From contig DAHVLZ010000009.1 in the NCBI GenBank assembly GCA_027320085.1, positions 128,001 to 192,000 on the forward strand: a DNA stretch of 64,000 nt. Reading direction: 5' to 3'. The stretch's first letter is position 1. Every line of letters begins with the position of its first letter. The notes beneath the pieces were generated by a model. The model was not told the origin of the DNA, made no database searches, and worked only from the letters and a program-made list of their open reading frames with translations. Position numbers and translations under genes: made by a program. Shown piece after piece: positions 19,452 through 29,546 of the stretch. Source of the DNA: Pseudomonadota bacterium. Lineage in GTDB: Bacteria; Pseudomonadota; Gammaproteobacteria; JAKAQQ01.

Positions 19452-20285
19452 ATGCAGTCACCCGTCCAAATCGTCTTGATCGGCGCCCCCGGTTCCGGGA
19501 AGGGAACCCAGGCTCGTCTCTTGTCCCAGCACTACGGGATTCCCCAGATCTCAACTGGCGAACTGCTTCGCCAGGCAGTTCAAAGCAGACTGCCCTTGGG
19601 GCTCGAGGCCCAGGCGGCCATGGATCAGGGCTTGCTCGTCTCCGACACCATTGTGATGGGTATCATCCGCGACCGGCTGGCTCAACCCGATACCCGGTCC
19701 GGATTCCTGCTTGACGGCTTTCCGAGGAATCTGGAACAGGCCCAGGCATTGGAGAAGCTTCTCGAGACCCTAAACCGGCCTCTCACGGTCACCATCCTGT
19801 TCCGGGTGGATTCCGAGTACCTGATCCAGCGCCTGTCCGGACGTCTGACTTGCCCCCAGTGTGGAGCGGTTTACAACCGCTACACCTCCCCCCCCCGTTT
19901 CGACGACCAATGCGACAACTGCGGCACACTCTTGCGTCACCGCAGTGATGATAACGAAGAGACCATCATCAACCGGCTCCGCGTCTACGAGGCACAAACC
20001 GAACCGCTCGTCAGTTTCTACCGGACGCGCGGATTCCTCGCCGAAATTAACGCGGACGGAGCAATTCCGGCCATCTTCCGGCAGATCAAACGGGCCATCA
20101 ACGAACGCCGGCAACGGAGAGCAACCCCCCGCACCCGGAAAGGCACCACACCGACCCGTCAATCCAAGCCGCCTGCCGTTGCCCGAGCCGCCAACCGGAC
20201 CTCTGCCACGAGGAAATCGACGTCGCGGAATATCCCGGCCGCAAAGAAAAGTCCCTCCAAGGCCAAAAAAACGAGACGCCGCTGA
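19452..20285 (+). CDS. adk: Adenylate kinase with Zn-LID and basic C-terminal extension
   Basis: GAPGSGKGTQ, LDGFPR, LID CPQC...CDNC, R.DDNEE.I..RL; about 60 extra K/R-rich residues. Confidence 0.95.
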   Translation: MQSPVQIVLIGAPGSGKGTQARLLSQHYGIPQISTGELLRQAVQSRLPLGLEAQAAMDQGLLVSDTIVMGIIRDRLAQPDTRSGFLLDGFPRNLEQAQALEKLLETLNRPLTVTILFRVDSEYLIQRLSGRLTCPQCGAVYNRYTSPPRFDDQCDNCGTLLRHRSDDNEETIINRLRVYEAQTEPLVSFYRTRGFLAEINADGAIPAIFRQIKRAINERRQRRATPRTRKGTTPTRQSKPPAVARAANRTSATRKSTSRNIPAAKKSPSKAKKTRRR

Positions 20286-20301
20286 CGGGAAGCAAGTTCC
20301 C

Positions 20302-21210
20302 TCAGCCATCAGGGCGGGAGGGTGCCTTGCCCCTGAGTTCGAGGACCCGCCGGTAAGCCACAGAACGGGGGAGGTTCAAGAGGGTTGATGCCACCGTGGC
20401 CGCACGCGATGGAGAAAGCGAATCCAGAAGTAACCGGAGCACGCGATCCAGCCGCACATCAGGCAGCTCAGTGGTTTCATCGTCCATCACCCCCGCCGCT
20501 GCCTCCACCACCACAACGATCTCGCCTCGGACCGCCCCGTTCTGCAAGGCGAGGAACGTTTTGAGTTCGGACAGCGAGGCCCGGTGGAGCGCTTCATGCT
20601 GCTTGGTCATCTCACGTGCAAGGAGTGCTTTCCGGTCTGGGCCGAAGATTTCGGCCAGCTCGTCAACAAGACGCACGAGACGCACAGGAGAATCGAAGAA
20701 AACCAGAGGGATGCCGATTTTGGCAAGTGCACGGAGGCGGGCCACACGGGCAGAGCCCCGTGGCGGAAGAAAGCCTTCAAAATGGAACCGGGAGGCTGGG
20801 AATCCCGCCACCGACAGGGCAGCCAGGGCGGCAGACGGCCCCGGTACCGGTGTGACTCGAAAGCCGGCCTCGTGTGCGGCCGCAACGAGCCAGCAACCCG
20901 GATCGCTCAAGAGCGGTGTTCCTGCATCCGAAACCAAAGCCAGCCTCTCGCCCCGTTTCAGGCACTCGATCAAAAAGGGAATGCGCTCCCTTTCGTTGTG
21001 AGCATGACAGGAGACAAGCGGCACATGGAGATCGAAATGGGCCATAAGCTTGCGGGTGCGTCGGGTATCCTCGGCCACAATCCGGTTCGAGGCCCGGAGA
21101 GCCTCGAGGCCACGTGGACTGAGATCATCCAGATGGCCAATCGGGGTCGCCACAACGGCCAACTCTCCAGGTTCAGTCCCTTGAGACAATCGGTGAAGAA
21201 ACTGCGACAA
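20302..21210 (-). CDS. rsmI: 16S rRNA (cytidine1402-2'-O)-methyltransferase
   Basis: VVATPIGHL.D, AEDTRRT, LVSDAGTP..SDPG, AREMTK.HE; divergent from lpoA; start uncertain. Confidence 0.93.
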   Translation of the reverse strand: MSQFLHRLSQGTEPGELAVVATPIGHLDDLSPRGLEALRASNRIVAEDTRRTRKLMAHFDLHVPLVSCHAHNERERIPFLIECLKRGERLALVSDAGTPLLSDPGCWLVAAAHEAGFRVTPVPGPSAALAALSVAGFPASRFHFEGFLPPRGSARVARLRALAKIGIPLVFFDSPVRLVRLVDELAEIFGPDRKALLAREMTKQHEALHRASLSELKTFLALQNGAVRGEIVVVVEAAAGVMDDETTELPDVRLDRVLRLLLDSLSPSRAATVASTLLNLPRSVAYRRVLELRGKAPSRPDG

Positions 21211-21249
21211 TGGAACACCAGCCTGTGTACCGGGGGTGATTTTACGCCA

Positions 21250-23112
21250 ATGTCCTCGCGATCCCGCATTCTGGTTCCCCTCATTGGCATACTGGCCATC
21301 ACGGGTTGCGCGACTCTCCCCTCCCCACCGCCAGCGGCCCAATCCCTACGAACGGCGGCGCGCCTCGCGGAAACAAATCATCACTGGCAGGAGGCGGTAC
21401 GGGAGCGAATGGCACTCGTCCGCCTCGAACCGACCAGTCGTGCCGGGGGCCGGTCTTTGATCCGGGCCACCGAGGATGCCTTGACGGCCGGTCGGATCCG
21501 CGAGGCTCACCGTCTTCTACGAGGATCCGCGGCCCGGCGTGTCGGCCCATCCTTCCTCTTCGCAGCCCTGGACTCCCGGCTCCATGATCTGCTGGCCAAA
21601 AAACGATCCACTCGGGCTCAAGCCCTGATGTTGTCGGCACCCCGCCCCCCCTCGAACCTGGCCCCGACCTTTCTCGCACTGAGAGGACAGGTCTGGTTCG
21701 CGAATGGAGCAGTACAACGGGGTACCCGGGTATTCGACGCCCGTGCCCGCCTGCTGTCCCGGGCTCACGACCGACTCACCAACCAGCGACTGCTTTGGAA
21801 AGCACTGGCCCGGGCCGCTCTCCAGAGTACCCATCCGCTGGCTCTTCCCCCGAAGGCCCATCCGATCGCCCGAGGCTGGATCGAGCTTGCCGACCTATAC
21901 CGCTCGGCATGGCAAAACCCAGCCCTTTTCCCACAGGCTCTGGCTCAATGGCGCAAGCGTCATCCCCACCATCCGGCCGAAACCAGCGTGCTCCCCGATC
22001 TCCTTCATCTGCTCACGCGGATCAGCGCCTACCCCTCAAGGCTCGCAGTCCTCCTCCCGCTCACGCACCGCTACGCCAGCGCCGGCCGGGCCATCGAGGT
22101 CGGGATTCTGGCCTCCCGCTTTGCTGCCAACCCGAACGCAACCCCACCCCGCATATTCTTTGACAACACCGGGAGTCGCCGTTCCGGACTACGGAAAGCC
22201 TACCAAAAGGCCCTGTCCCAAAGAGCCGATTGGATCATCGGTCCACTGCTTGCCCCCCAAGTTGCGGAACTGGCGCGGCTGCAACCATCAATTCCGGTCC
22301 TCGCCCTGAACAACCTGCCACCGGCAACCGCCCGTCCTGCTACCTTTCATGAGTTCTCACTCTCTCCAGGGGATGAAATCCGACAGATCGCGAGACGGCT
22401 GGCCCAAAGGAAAGAATTGTTCGGCGCCATGCTCGTCCCGCACGGGACCTGGGGTCGATCCTTGGTTTCGGACCTGAAAACGGCTCTGCGACCGTCTGGC
22501 GGCAGGCTTCTGTCCGTCGTGCGATATACCCCCGACCGTCGGAGCTACGCTCACGATATCCGTAGCCTCCTCAGAGTGAATGCCAGTGTGATCCGCGAAC
22601 AGGCTTTGGCCGACACGCTGGGGATGCCCCTTGAATTTGTGCCCGAACCGAGATCCGACCTCCGTTTCATTCTCGTCGCGGCATCACCTCTGGAGGCCCG
22701 AGAGATCCTTCCGGAACTCAAGTACTTCGGCGTAAACCGCGTACCCGTTTATGGACTGTCCCGGGACGACGTCCCGAAGAGCAGGCATCCCGATCTTGAC
22801 GGACTGCATATTCTGGCAATGCCTTGGTTGCTGGATCCAGCCCCCACTTGGCACGGCGTCCGCCAAACCATTGCGCGGCTCTGGCCCAACCGGGAGCGCC
22901 GGGAGGCTCGGCTCGTGGCCTTCGGTTTTGATGCCTACCGTTTGGTTCCTTGGCTCAGAAACTTACATGGACCCCTGAGGACCCCTCTCTGGGGCGCGAC
23001 CGGACTTTTGAGTACTAGTCGTCATGGCCACATTCGACGACGCCTGCTCTGGGCACGCTTTGAAAACGGCCGCGCGGTTCCCGATCCAGCCAAAACGAGA
23101 TTACACCCCTGA
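21250..23112 (+). CDS. lpoA: Penicillin-binding protein activator lipoprotein LpoA (LppC)
   Basis: Lipobox LAITGC; W...HP.HPA, AVLLPLT, IIGPL, LALN, L.AFGFDAY, GATG.L; rsmI/lpoA synteny. Confidence 0.85.
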   Translation: MSSRSRILVPLIGILAITGCATLPSPPPAAQSLRTAARLAETNHHWQEAVRERMALVRLEPTSRAGGRSLIRATEDALTAGRIREAHRLLRGSAARRVGPSFLFAALDSRLHDLLAKKRSTRAQALMLSAPRPPSNLAPTFLALRGQVWFANGAVQRGTRVFDARARLLSRAHDRLTNQRLLWKALARAALQSTHPLALPPKAHPIARGWIELADLYRSAWQNPALFPQALAQWRKRHPHHPAETSVLPDLLHLLTRISAYPSRLAVLLPLTHRYASAGRAIEVGILASRFAANPNATPPRIFFDNTGSRRSGLRKAYQKALSQRADWIIGPLLAPQVAELARLQPSIPVLALNNLPPATARPATFHEFSLSPGDEIRQIARRLAQRKELFGAMLVPHGTWGRSLVSDLKTALRPSGGRLLSVVRYTPDRRSYAHDIRSLLRVNASVIREQALADTLGMPLEFVPEPRSDLRFILVAASPLEAREILPELKYFGVNRVPVYGLSRDDVPKSRHPDLDGLHILAMPWLLDPAPTWHGVRQTIARLWPNRERREARLVAFGFDAYRLVPWLRNLHGPLRTPLWGATGLLSTSRHGHIRRRLLWARFENGRAVPDPAKTRLHP

Positions 23113-23182
23113 GGGGGCAATCCACCCTGTCCGCGGTCGGGCAGCACCCCACCCGCCACCACCTCCCTAACCGGATGGGACC

Positions 23183-24724
23183 ATGAGATCAAATCTGCTC
23201 TCCAGAAAGCTCGCCTTCATCGTCACAGTGACTTACTTTGCCGCAGGGTTTCTCTGGATTACCCTCTCGGACCTGGTCGTGGCGACCCTTCATTTGCCTG
23301 AAACGGAACGCACCCTGGTTGAAATCCTGAAGGGTGACCTTTTTATTGTGCTGTCGTCAGTCGCGGTCTACTTTCTCCTCCACCGGCTGACCCGTATCTC
23401 CAATGAGACCTCCATCCAAAAGCACCTGGCCCGCGAGGATCCTCTCACCCACCTTCTCAACCGTTCCGGCTGGGTCGAGGCAAGCATAACGGCCTTGCGG
23501 CAGCAAGTGCGCGGCGAGGCGACGGTTGTGCTCATCGACGTGAGCCAGCTCCGTTACATCAACGGTGCTTTTGGTACAGCAGCCGGGAATTTTGTCCTCC
23601 GCTACCTGGCCGACCATATCCGACACCATCTCGGCCCCCACGATATCCTGGGACGAGATGATGCCAGCCGGTTTGCACTCTTCCTACCGGGCAATCCAGA
23701 ACACTCCATCGAGCGCCTGTTTGAAGACCTTGCCCAAGTTTGCCAGCATCCCGTTCATCTCGGCCTACACCGTTTTCGTTTCTCCTTCGCGATGGGAATC
23801 AGCCAATCGCCCCGAGACGCAACTTCCATCGCCGAGCTACTCACGCGCGCTGCGATTGCACTCGACCAAGCCAAGTTGTCACCTGACCGCCATCTCGCGT
23901 ACTACGATCAAACCGACGCCAAAAACACCCTGGCGGCCTTACGGCTTGAAACCGATCTGGGACTTGCCCTCGAACGCCACGAGTTCATCATGCATTTTCA
24001 ACCCGTTCTCAGCCTACCCGGACTCAGGCTTTTGTCGGTTGAAGGCCTGGTGCGCTGGCAGCATCCGACACTGGGACTGATTCCACCCGACACGTTCATC
24101 CAGACGGCGGAAAGGATCGGCTTGATCCACGAGCTTGGCCGTTTTGTGCTGGCCGAATCGATCCGGAACCTCATGCGCCTGCCCATCCCGGAGACGGTCC
24201 GTCCGTCCCTGGCCATCAACCTGTCCGCCCTTCAGTTCGCCCATCGGGACCTCCTGCAATCGATTCGGGACACGCTGGAGGAAACCGGTTTCCCTCCCGA
24301 GCGGCTCGGCGTGGAGATCACGGAATCGACTTTCATGAACGACCCGGAACAGGGGAGAAAAATCCTGTACCAACTCCGCGACATGGGAATTTCTACTGCC
24401 CTTGATGATTTTGGGACCGGCTATTCCTCCCTGGCCTACCTGCAGGAGCTGCCTGTCCAAACACTCAAGATCGATCGCTCCCTGATTAAGCCACTCCCGA
24501 TCCAGGAACCGTCGCGACGCATCGTGCGTGCCCTTATTGATCTCGCCCACAGTCTCGAGCTCCGGGTTATCGCGGAAGGCATTGAACGCCGCGAGGAGTT
24601 GGAACATCTGGAAAATGCCGGCTGCGACGCCGTGCAGGGTTTCCTGTTTTCAAAGCCCCTGCCGGCTTCAGCCTTATCGGAATGGATCTTGAACCAGACT
24701 GGGAATCCGGAGGGGTCAGCCTAG
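23183..24724 (+). CDS. Membrane-anchored degenerate-GGDEF / EAL c-di-GMP phosphodiesterase
   Basis: Two N-terminal TMs; DPLT.LLNR; GGDEF replaced by DASRF; EGL, EITES, DDFGTGYSSL, KIDRS, AEGIE, QGFLF intact. Confidence 0.88.
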   Translation: MRSNLLSRKLAFIVTVTYFAAGFLWITLSDLVVATLHLPETERTLVEILKGDLFIVLSSVAVYFLLHRLTRISNETSIQKHLAREDPLTHLLNRSGWVEASITALRQQVRGEATVVLIDVSQLRYINGAFGTAAGNFVLRYLADHIRHHLGPHDILGRDDASRFALFLPGNPEHSIERLFEDLAQVCQHPVHLGLHRFRFSFAMGISQSPRDATSIAELLTRAAIALDQAKLSPDRHLAYYDQTDAKNTLAALRLETDLGLALERHEFIMHFQPVLSLPGLRLLSVEGLVRWQHPTLGLIPPDTFIQTAERIGLIHELGRFVLAESIRNLMRLPIPETVRPSLAINLSALQFAHRDLLQSIRDTLEETGFPPERLGVEITESTFMNDPEQGRKILYQLRDMGISTALDDFGTGYSSLAYLQELPVQTLKIDRSLIKPLPIQEPSRRIVRALIDLAHSLELRVIAEGIERREELEHLENAGCDAVQGFLFSKPLPASALSEWILNQTGNPEGSA

Positions 24725-26139
24725 ACCTTGACCGGTTCGACGGGCTGAGGACGAGCCGGGCCGAAACCCGGCGACGAGAGGCTTTCAAGGCTCCACTCAC
24801 CGAGATCCACAAGGTCCGGCAGCAACGACCGGGCATCACCGATGACCACCAGAAAACAGTCCTCGGGAGCGGGAAAGACTTCGCGCAGGATCACCCCCGC
24901 CCGGGCTGGAGAGATCTGATCCAAGGCTTCGGCATACCCGGCCCAATCAGCCAGGGACAAATGATGGAATCGTCGGAGAGCCAGCCGGAACGACCACTGA
25001 TTCGTGGTTTCATAACGAAAAGCCTCTTGACCTTTGAGGTAAAGACGCCCCGCCTTGAGGTCGGCTTCCAGCAAACCCACCTCCCGCGCTCGCCTGAGCA
25101 CATCGAACGCAGCGTCCAGAGCCCGGCGGGTCCGCTCAGTCGGCGTATAAGACGTGAGGTAACTCACCCCGCGGAAGCTGGGAAGGGTATACCCTGCGTG
25201 AGCCCCGTAGGTCAAACCCTCTTCGATCCTAAGACGTCGATTGAGGAGGGAGTTGAACCGGCCACCCAGAACCGACTGCACAAGCTCAAGTCCGACGCGC
25301 TCCGGGTAGCGACGGTCAACACCCAGCCCACCCATCCAAAAATAACACTGGGTGGCACCCGGTCGGTCGATGAACAAACCCCGCATACCGATCGGGGGTT
25401 CGACTGGAACCTGAAGATCCGAACTGCCGGGGTTTTGCACTTTGCGCGAGGAAAAGATTCGGGTCAGGGAGGCTCGGATCTCGTCCGGATCGAAATCCCC
25501 GGCCACGCTCACCACCGCTCTGCGATCCCGCAAATGCTGGAACCAGAACCGTCGGAGGGAACCCGGCTCAAGCCGGCCCAAACTGATCTCGTCCCCTCCG
25601 ACCGGATGTCCATAGGGGCTCCCGCTGCCGTAAATCCAGCTGTCCGCGTAGACCGAAAGCAAGGAACGGGGATCACCATCCTTGGCGACCCGGATCGCGG
25701 CAATGGACCGTTTCTGCAGCTTGTGCAGCTCGGATGCAGTAAACCGGGAGGATTCAAACACGTCCTCCACGAGATCCCAAACCTTAGGGAAAACCCGGCG
25801 CGGTGCCGAAAGGGTTATTCCCAAGCACTCCCGACCCGCCCAGGTCTCGAAATCTGCCCCCAAAACCTCGAAACGGGCGGCAAGCGTGATGGCATCACTG
25901 GTTTTCGTTCCTTTGACGAGCAGTTCGGACGTGGTCTGAGCCTGGCCGAAATAATCCGGTGCATCAAGTAACGCTCCACCCTCCCAGAGAAAGGTGACCG
26001 TGATGAGCGGTACCTCCGGACGGGGGCAAAGGACAAGCTCGATCCCAGGTTCGAGGACTTCTTCGAGAATCCCGTCAAGTGACCTCCAGTCGCGGAGCCC
26101 GGACGGAAGGGTACCCGACTTGACCCCGATCCTGTTCAT
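24721..26139 (-). CDS. M16-family peptidase, non-catalytic subunit
   Basis: M16 fold motifs (LLVKGT, LGG.F.S.L...LR...GLTYG) without HxxEH. Confidence 0.8.
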   Translation of the reverse strand: MNRIGVKSGTLPSGLRDWRSLDGILEEVLEPGIELVLCPRPEVPLITVTFLWEGGALLDAPDYFGQAQTTSELLVKGTKTSDAITLAARFEVLGADFETWAGRECLGITLSAPRRVFPKVWDLVEDVFESSRFTASELHKLQKRSIAAIRVAKDGDPRSLLSVYADSWIYGSGSPYGHPVGGDEISLGRLEPGSLRRFWFQHLRDRRAVVSVAGDFDPDEIRASLTRIFSSRKVQNPGSSDLQVPVEPPIGMRGLFIDRPGATQCYFWMGGLGVDRRYPERVGLELVQSVLGGRFNSLLNRRLRIEEGLTYGAHAGYTLPSFRGVSYLTSYTPTERTRRALDAAFDVLRRAREVGLLEADLKAGRLYLKGQEAFRYETTNQWSFRLALRRFHHLSLADWAGYAEALDQISPARAGVILREVFPAPEDCFLVVIGDARSLLPDLVDLGEWSLESLSSPGFGPARPQPVEPVKV

Positions 26140-27449
26140 GTCCCGTCAGGATGAAGGCACCCCACCGTCCATCCACCCTGTCCGAATGCGTCTCGTGCTG
26201 CATCGCGGATTTCATCGGCACCCACAGCCTCGAGTCGCCCCGGATAAGTCTGGATCCGGGAAAGATCACGGTGCAGGGTCCAGGCGCGCCCCAAAAGTTC
26301 GGCCCGCCCCGTGACCGACTCAAGCTGATGATAATAGGAAGCCAGTCTCTGGTTGATCGCCCGGATCCGTTCCTCGTCGGTGGGGCCGGCATCAGCCAAC
26401 TGGGCGAGTGCCTGGCGGATCGTGCGTTCGACCGTCTGCGGTCGTCTGCCCGGAGCCAGCGCGACCAGCAGAATCCGGCATCCGGGCACCCGATGACCGA
26501 TCCGGTAAGCCTCGAGAGCAATGGCTTCGGCCTTGCGTTCAACCAGTAACGCGTGAAGGCGGGAGGCCACTCCTTCAACCAGGACCGTCCAAAGCAATTC
26601 ATGAGCCAAGGCTGAGGGAGCCGTCACCGCTGGAGTGGGGAACGATAGCGCCAAATAGGAAGACTGAACAGCAGCTGAACGCTCGATCCGACGCTCCCCA
26701 GCCGAATGCGGTCCCACGGGTACTGGTTCGCTCGCCCCAGCCACACGGTCCGGGGCCTGGTCGAGCCCCTGATCGACACACAGCCGGTTCCAGTGCTCCG
26801 GCTCGATGCCTCCGACTCCAACGATCGTGGGTCGGGCATACCGGTAGTGGCGGTTATAGAACCGGCTGAGAGAAGACTCATCGATGCGCGCAATATCTTC
26901 GGCCCATCCGATAACAGGGTGGGCGTAGGCCGTTCCCGCACAGGCCACCGCCTGCACCTCTTCGAGGAAACAGGCCACCGGGTCATTCTCCACACTGGCT
27001 TCCCGCTCGGACAAGATCACTCCCCGTTCACGGTCGACCCGTTCAGCATCAATGAGCAGGGTACGCATGCGATCCATTTCAAGCGCGAACGCGGTGGCGG
27101 TCGCTGTAGCCGGAAAATGCTCGTGATAAACCGTCATCTCCTCGGTGGTATAAGCATTGTTACTTCCCCCGGCCGCCTCCAGAACGCGATCGAAATCCCC
27201 GTCAGGGAAACGGGCACTACCATTGAACATCATGTGTTCCAAAAAATGGGCCAGTCCGGTCGGAGCAGCAGGTTCATCGGCACTGCCGACTTGGTAGAAC
27301 ATGTAAAGCGCTGCCCGTGGGTTGCCCGGATCCGGCCAGAGCAAGGTCTCGGGACCTGCGGGCCAACTGACCGGCGCCCAAGGACAGGACAAGTCTCCCG
27401 CGGCAGCCCGGATTAGTGGGTCATCGGATGTATTCGCACGGTTGGGCAT
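26136..27449 (-). CDS. M16-family zinc peptidase, catalytic subunit
   Basis: VGSADE, GLAHFLEHMMF.G, NAYT, ER.VI.SE, HPVIGW. Confidence 0.88.
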   Translation of the reverse strand: MPNRANTSDDPLIRAAAGDLSCPWAPVSWPAGPETLLWPDPGNPRAALYMFYQVGSADEPAAPTGLAHFLEHMMFNGSARFPDGDFDRVLEAAGGSNNAYTTEEMTVYHEHFPATATATAFALEMDRMRTLLIDAERVDRERGVILSEREASVENDPVACFLEEVQAVACAGTAYAHPVIGWAEDIARIDESSLSRFYNRHYRYARPTIVGVGGIEPEHWNRLCVDQGLDQAPDRVAGASEPVPVGPHSAGERRIERSAAVQSSYLALSFPTPAVTAPSALAHELLWTVLVEGVASRLHALLVERKAEAIALEAYRIGHRVPGCRILLVALAPGRRPQTVERTIRQALAQLADAGPTDEERIRAINQRLASYYHQLESVTGRAELLGRAWTLHRDLSRIQTYPGRLEAVGADEIRDAARDAFGQGGWTVGCLHPDGT

Positions 27450-27670
27450 GGGATTTTGCGGACTCGGGCTCCACCGGGAGGCTTACGCCCGACGGGATCC
27501 TCATGGAAGGGCGCATTATCGGCCCCCTCAGGAAAAAAATGCAACTGGATGGGGCAACCCGGCAAGACTCTCCCGGTCCTCTCCCTGAACCTTGAGTGAC
27601 GGGTCGTTGACGAGGTTTGTCGTTCCCTATACCGTCGTACGGTCTTCCCCGCCATCCGAAAATACAGGCC

Positions 27671-28309
27671 ATGACCGAGGCACGACTCACCTTTTATACC
27701 AACCCCCAGTCACGAGGACGAATCATCCGCTGGATGCTTGAGGAGACGGGGGCCCCCTACGAGTCCGTGGTACTCGATTACGGAACTTCCATGAAAACGC
27801 CGGACTACCTCGCCATAAACCCCATGGGTAAGGTTCCGGCGATCCAGCATGGTCAGGTGGTCGTGACCGAGACGGCGGCTATTTGCACCTACCTGGCGGA
27901 TGCTTTTCCCGCCGCCGGACTGGCACCGGCTCCAGGCAATCCCCTGCGGGGACCCTACTACCGCTGGCTCTTCTTCGGCGCAGGACCCCTCGAAGCTGCA
28001 ATATCCAACCACGCGCTGGGCTTTATAGTCCCGGCAGAGCGTGAACGCATGATGGGATATGGAAACTACGACCGGACGCTCGATGTCCTGGAAGGGGCCC
28101 TCTCGGGGGGGAGCTACCTTCTCGGATCCCATTTCACGGCAGCTGACGTGTACCTCGGATCGCATATCGGATTCGGCCTTCAGTTCGGCACCCTGGAAAG
28201 TCGTCCTGCCTTCGAAAGCTACTGGGCCCGCCTGAGCGTCCGGCCCGCCCTCGTACGTGCCCGTCAGATGGACGATGCCCTGATCCCGGAAAAGCCACAG
28301 CCCCGCTGA
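27671..28309 (+). CDS. Glutathione S-transferase family protein
   Basis: YTNPQSRG, INPMGKVP, TETAAI..YLAD, FTAAD. Confidence 0.92.
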   Translation: MTEARLTFYTNPQSRGRIIRWMLEETGAPYESVVLDYGTSMKTPDYLAINPMGKVPAIQHGQVVVTETAAICTYLADAFPAAGLAPAPGNPLRGPYYRWLFFGAGPLEAAISNHALGFIVPAERERMMGYGNYDRTLDVLEGALSGGSYLLGSHFTAADVYLGSHIGFGLQFGTLESRPAFESYWARLSVRPALVRARQMDDALIPEKPQPR

Positions 28310-28329
28310 CCCGTCTACCACCCGCCTGA

Positions 28330-28347
28330 TTGTCACAAAAATGCCAT
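28330..28347 (+). promoter_or_regulatory. Pho box (PhoB site) upstream of pstS
   Basis: TTGTCAC-AAAA-ATGCCAT matches the CTGTCAT-N4-CTGTCAY 11-bp repeat; TATAGG follows at 28356. Confidence 0.75.
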
Positions 28348-28411
28348 ATTTCTGGTATAGGCTGCACTGAGATCAGTCTCACAATCCTTTCACTGACCCG
28401 GGAGCCTTGCC

Positions 28412-29494
28412 ATGTCGAAACTCCGGATTCACTCTCTCGTCCGTTCCCCTACCCTCGCTGCCTTGGCCCTTGCTGGCCTTTGTGCCTTGTGGCCGGCCCC
28501 GAGCCAGGCCCGGACGATCCACCTGATCGAAACCGGTTCCACCCTGCTTTATCCCCTCTTCAACCTTTGGGTTCCCACCTATACCGCAACCCATCCTGGG
28601 ATCCGGATCACCACCGAGGCGACCGGAAGCGGAACCGGGATCGCACAGGCCACGGCCAATCTCGTGCAGCTCGGCGCCTCGGATGCCTACCTGAGTCCTG
28701 CGCTACAGCACCTGCATCCCGGGTTGCTCAACATTCCGCTCGCCATTTCGAGCCAGATGATCAACTACAATCTGCCGGGACTCAACAACCGTCCGTTGCA
28801 CCTGTCAGGCCCTGTCTTGGCCGCTATCTACGCGGGCCAAATCCGTTATTGGAATGCCCCCGCCATTCGTGCCCTCAATCCAGACTTGCCGCTTCCCCAC
28901 CACCTGATCCTGCCGATCCACCGCAGCGACGGCAGCGGTGACACCTTTATCTTCACCCAGTACCTGAGTTTCTCCACTCCCGCCTGGATGAAGTCCACGG
29001 GGTACGGAACCACCGTGAGCTGGCCATCGGTCCGGGGAGAGATCGGAGCCACCGGAAACCCCGGAATGGTGCAGGCTCTGGCCACCAATCCGTATGCCAT
29101 TGCCTATATCGGGGTCAGCTATCGTTCGGCGATCCTCAAAGAGCACTTGGGGCAGGCCTGGCTCAAAAACCGCGCCGGGCAATTCGTTTTCCTCACCCAC
29201 GCGAATGTTGAAGCAGCAGTCGCCTCTCGTGCCCCCCATACGCCACCCAACCAGAGCATCAGCCTGGTCTTTGCGCCGGGAGCGAATGCCTACCCGATCA
29301 TCAACTATGAGTACGTCATCGTCAAAAATCACCAGGCTTCCCGTCACGTGGCACGGGCCGTCCGTGAGTTCCTCGACTGGGCCATCGCTCCGTCGGGCGG
29401 AAACGCACCCACATTCCTGAACCGGGTTGGGTTCGCACCGCTGCCGAAATTGGCCGTCCTCCAGAGCCAGCGACAGATCGCGGAAATCCATTAA
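28412..29494 (+). CDS. pstS: Phosphate ABC transporter substrate-binding protein
   Basis: ETGSTLLYP, TGSGTG, GASD, HRSDGSGDT, YPIINYEY. Confidence 0.95.
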   Translation: MSKLRIHSLVRSPTLAALALAGLCALWPAPSQARTIHLIETGSTLLYPLFNLWVPTYTATHPGIRITTEATGSGTGIAQATANLVQLGASDAYLSPALQHLHPGLLNIPLAISSQMINYNLPGLNNRPLHLSGPVLAAIYAGQIRYWNAPAIRALNPDLPLPHHLILPIHRSDGSGDTFIFTQYLSFSTPAWMKSTGYGTTVSWPSVRGEIGATGNPGMVQALATNPYAIAYIGVSYRSAILKEHLGQAWLKNRAGQFVFLTHANVEAAVASRAPHTPPNQSISLVFAPGANAYPIINYEYVIVKNHQASRHVARAVREFLDWAIAPSGGNAPTFLNRVGFAPLPKLAVLQSQRQIAEIH

Positions 29495-29507
29495 ACTGGC
29501 CTCTCAC

Positions 29508-29533
29508 AACGGGGGGGCAGAAGCCCCCCCGTT
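29508..29533 (+). terminator. Intercistronic hairpin between pstS and pstC (mRNA stabiliser or partial terminator)
   Basis: AACGGGGGGGC-AGAA-GCCCCCCCGTT, a perfect 11-bp stem. Confidence 0.7.
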
Positions 29534-29546
29534 TCCGGACCTGAGG

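Noticed and set aside
20584-21249. Apparent N-terminal extension making an 842-aa LpoA
   Set aside because: Antisense shadow of rsmI; the signal peptide and lipobox start at 21250.
24721-27449. M16 peptidase pair as a RiPP/PQQ maturation system
   Set aside because: Active plus inactive M16 pairs are common, and no precursor peptide or modifying enzymes are adjacent.
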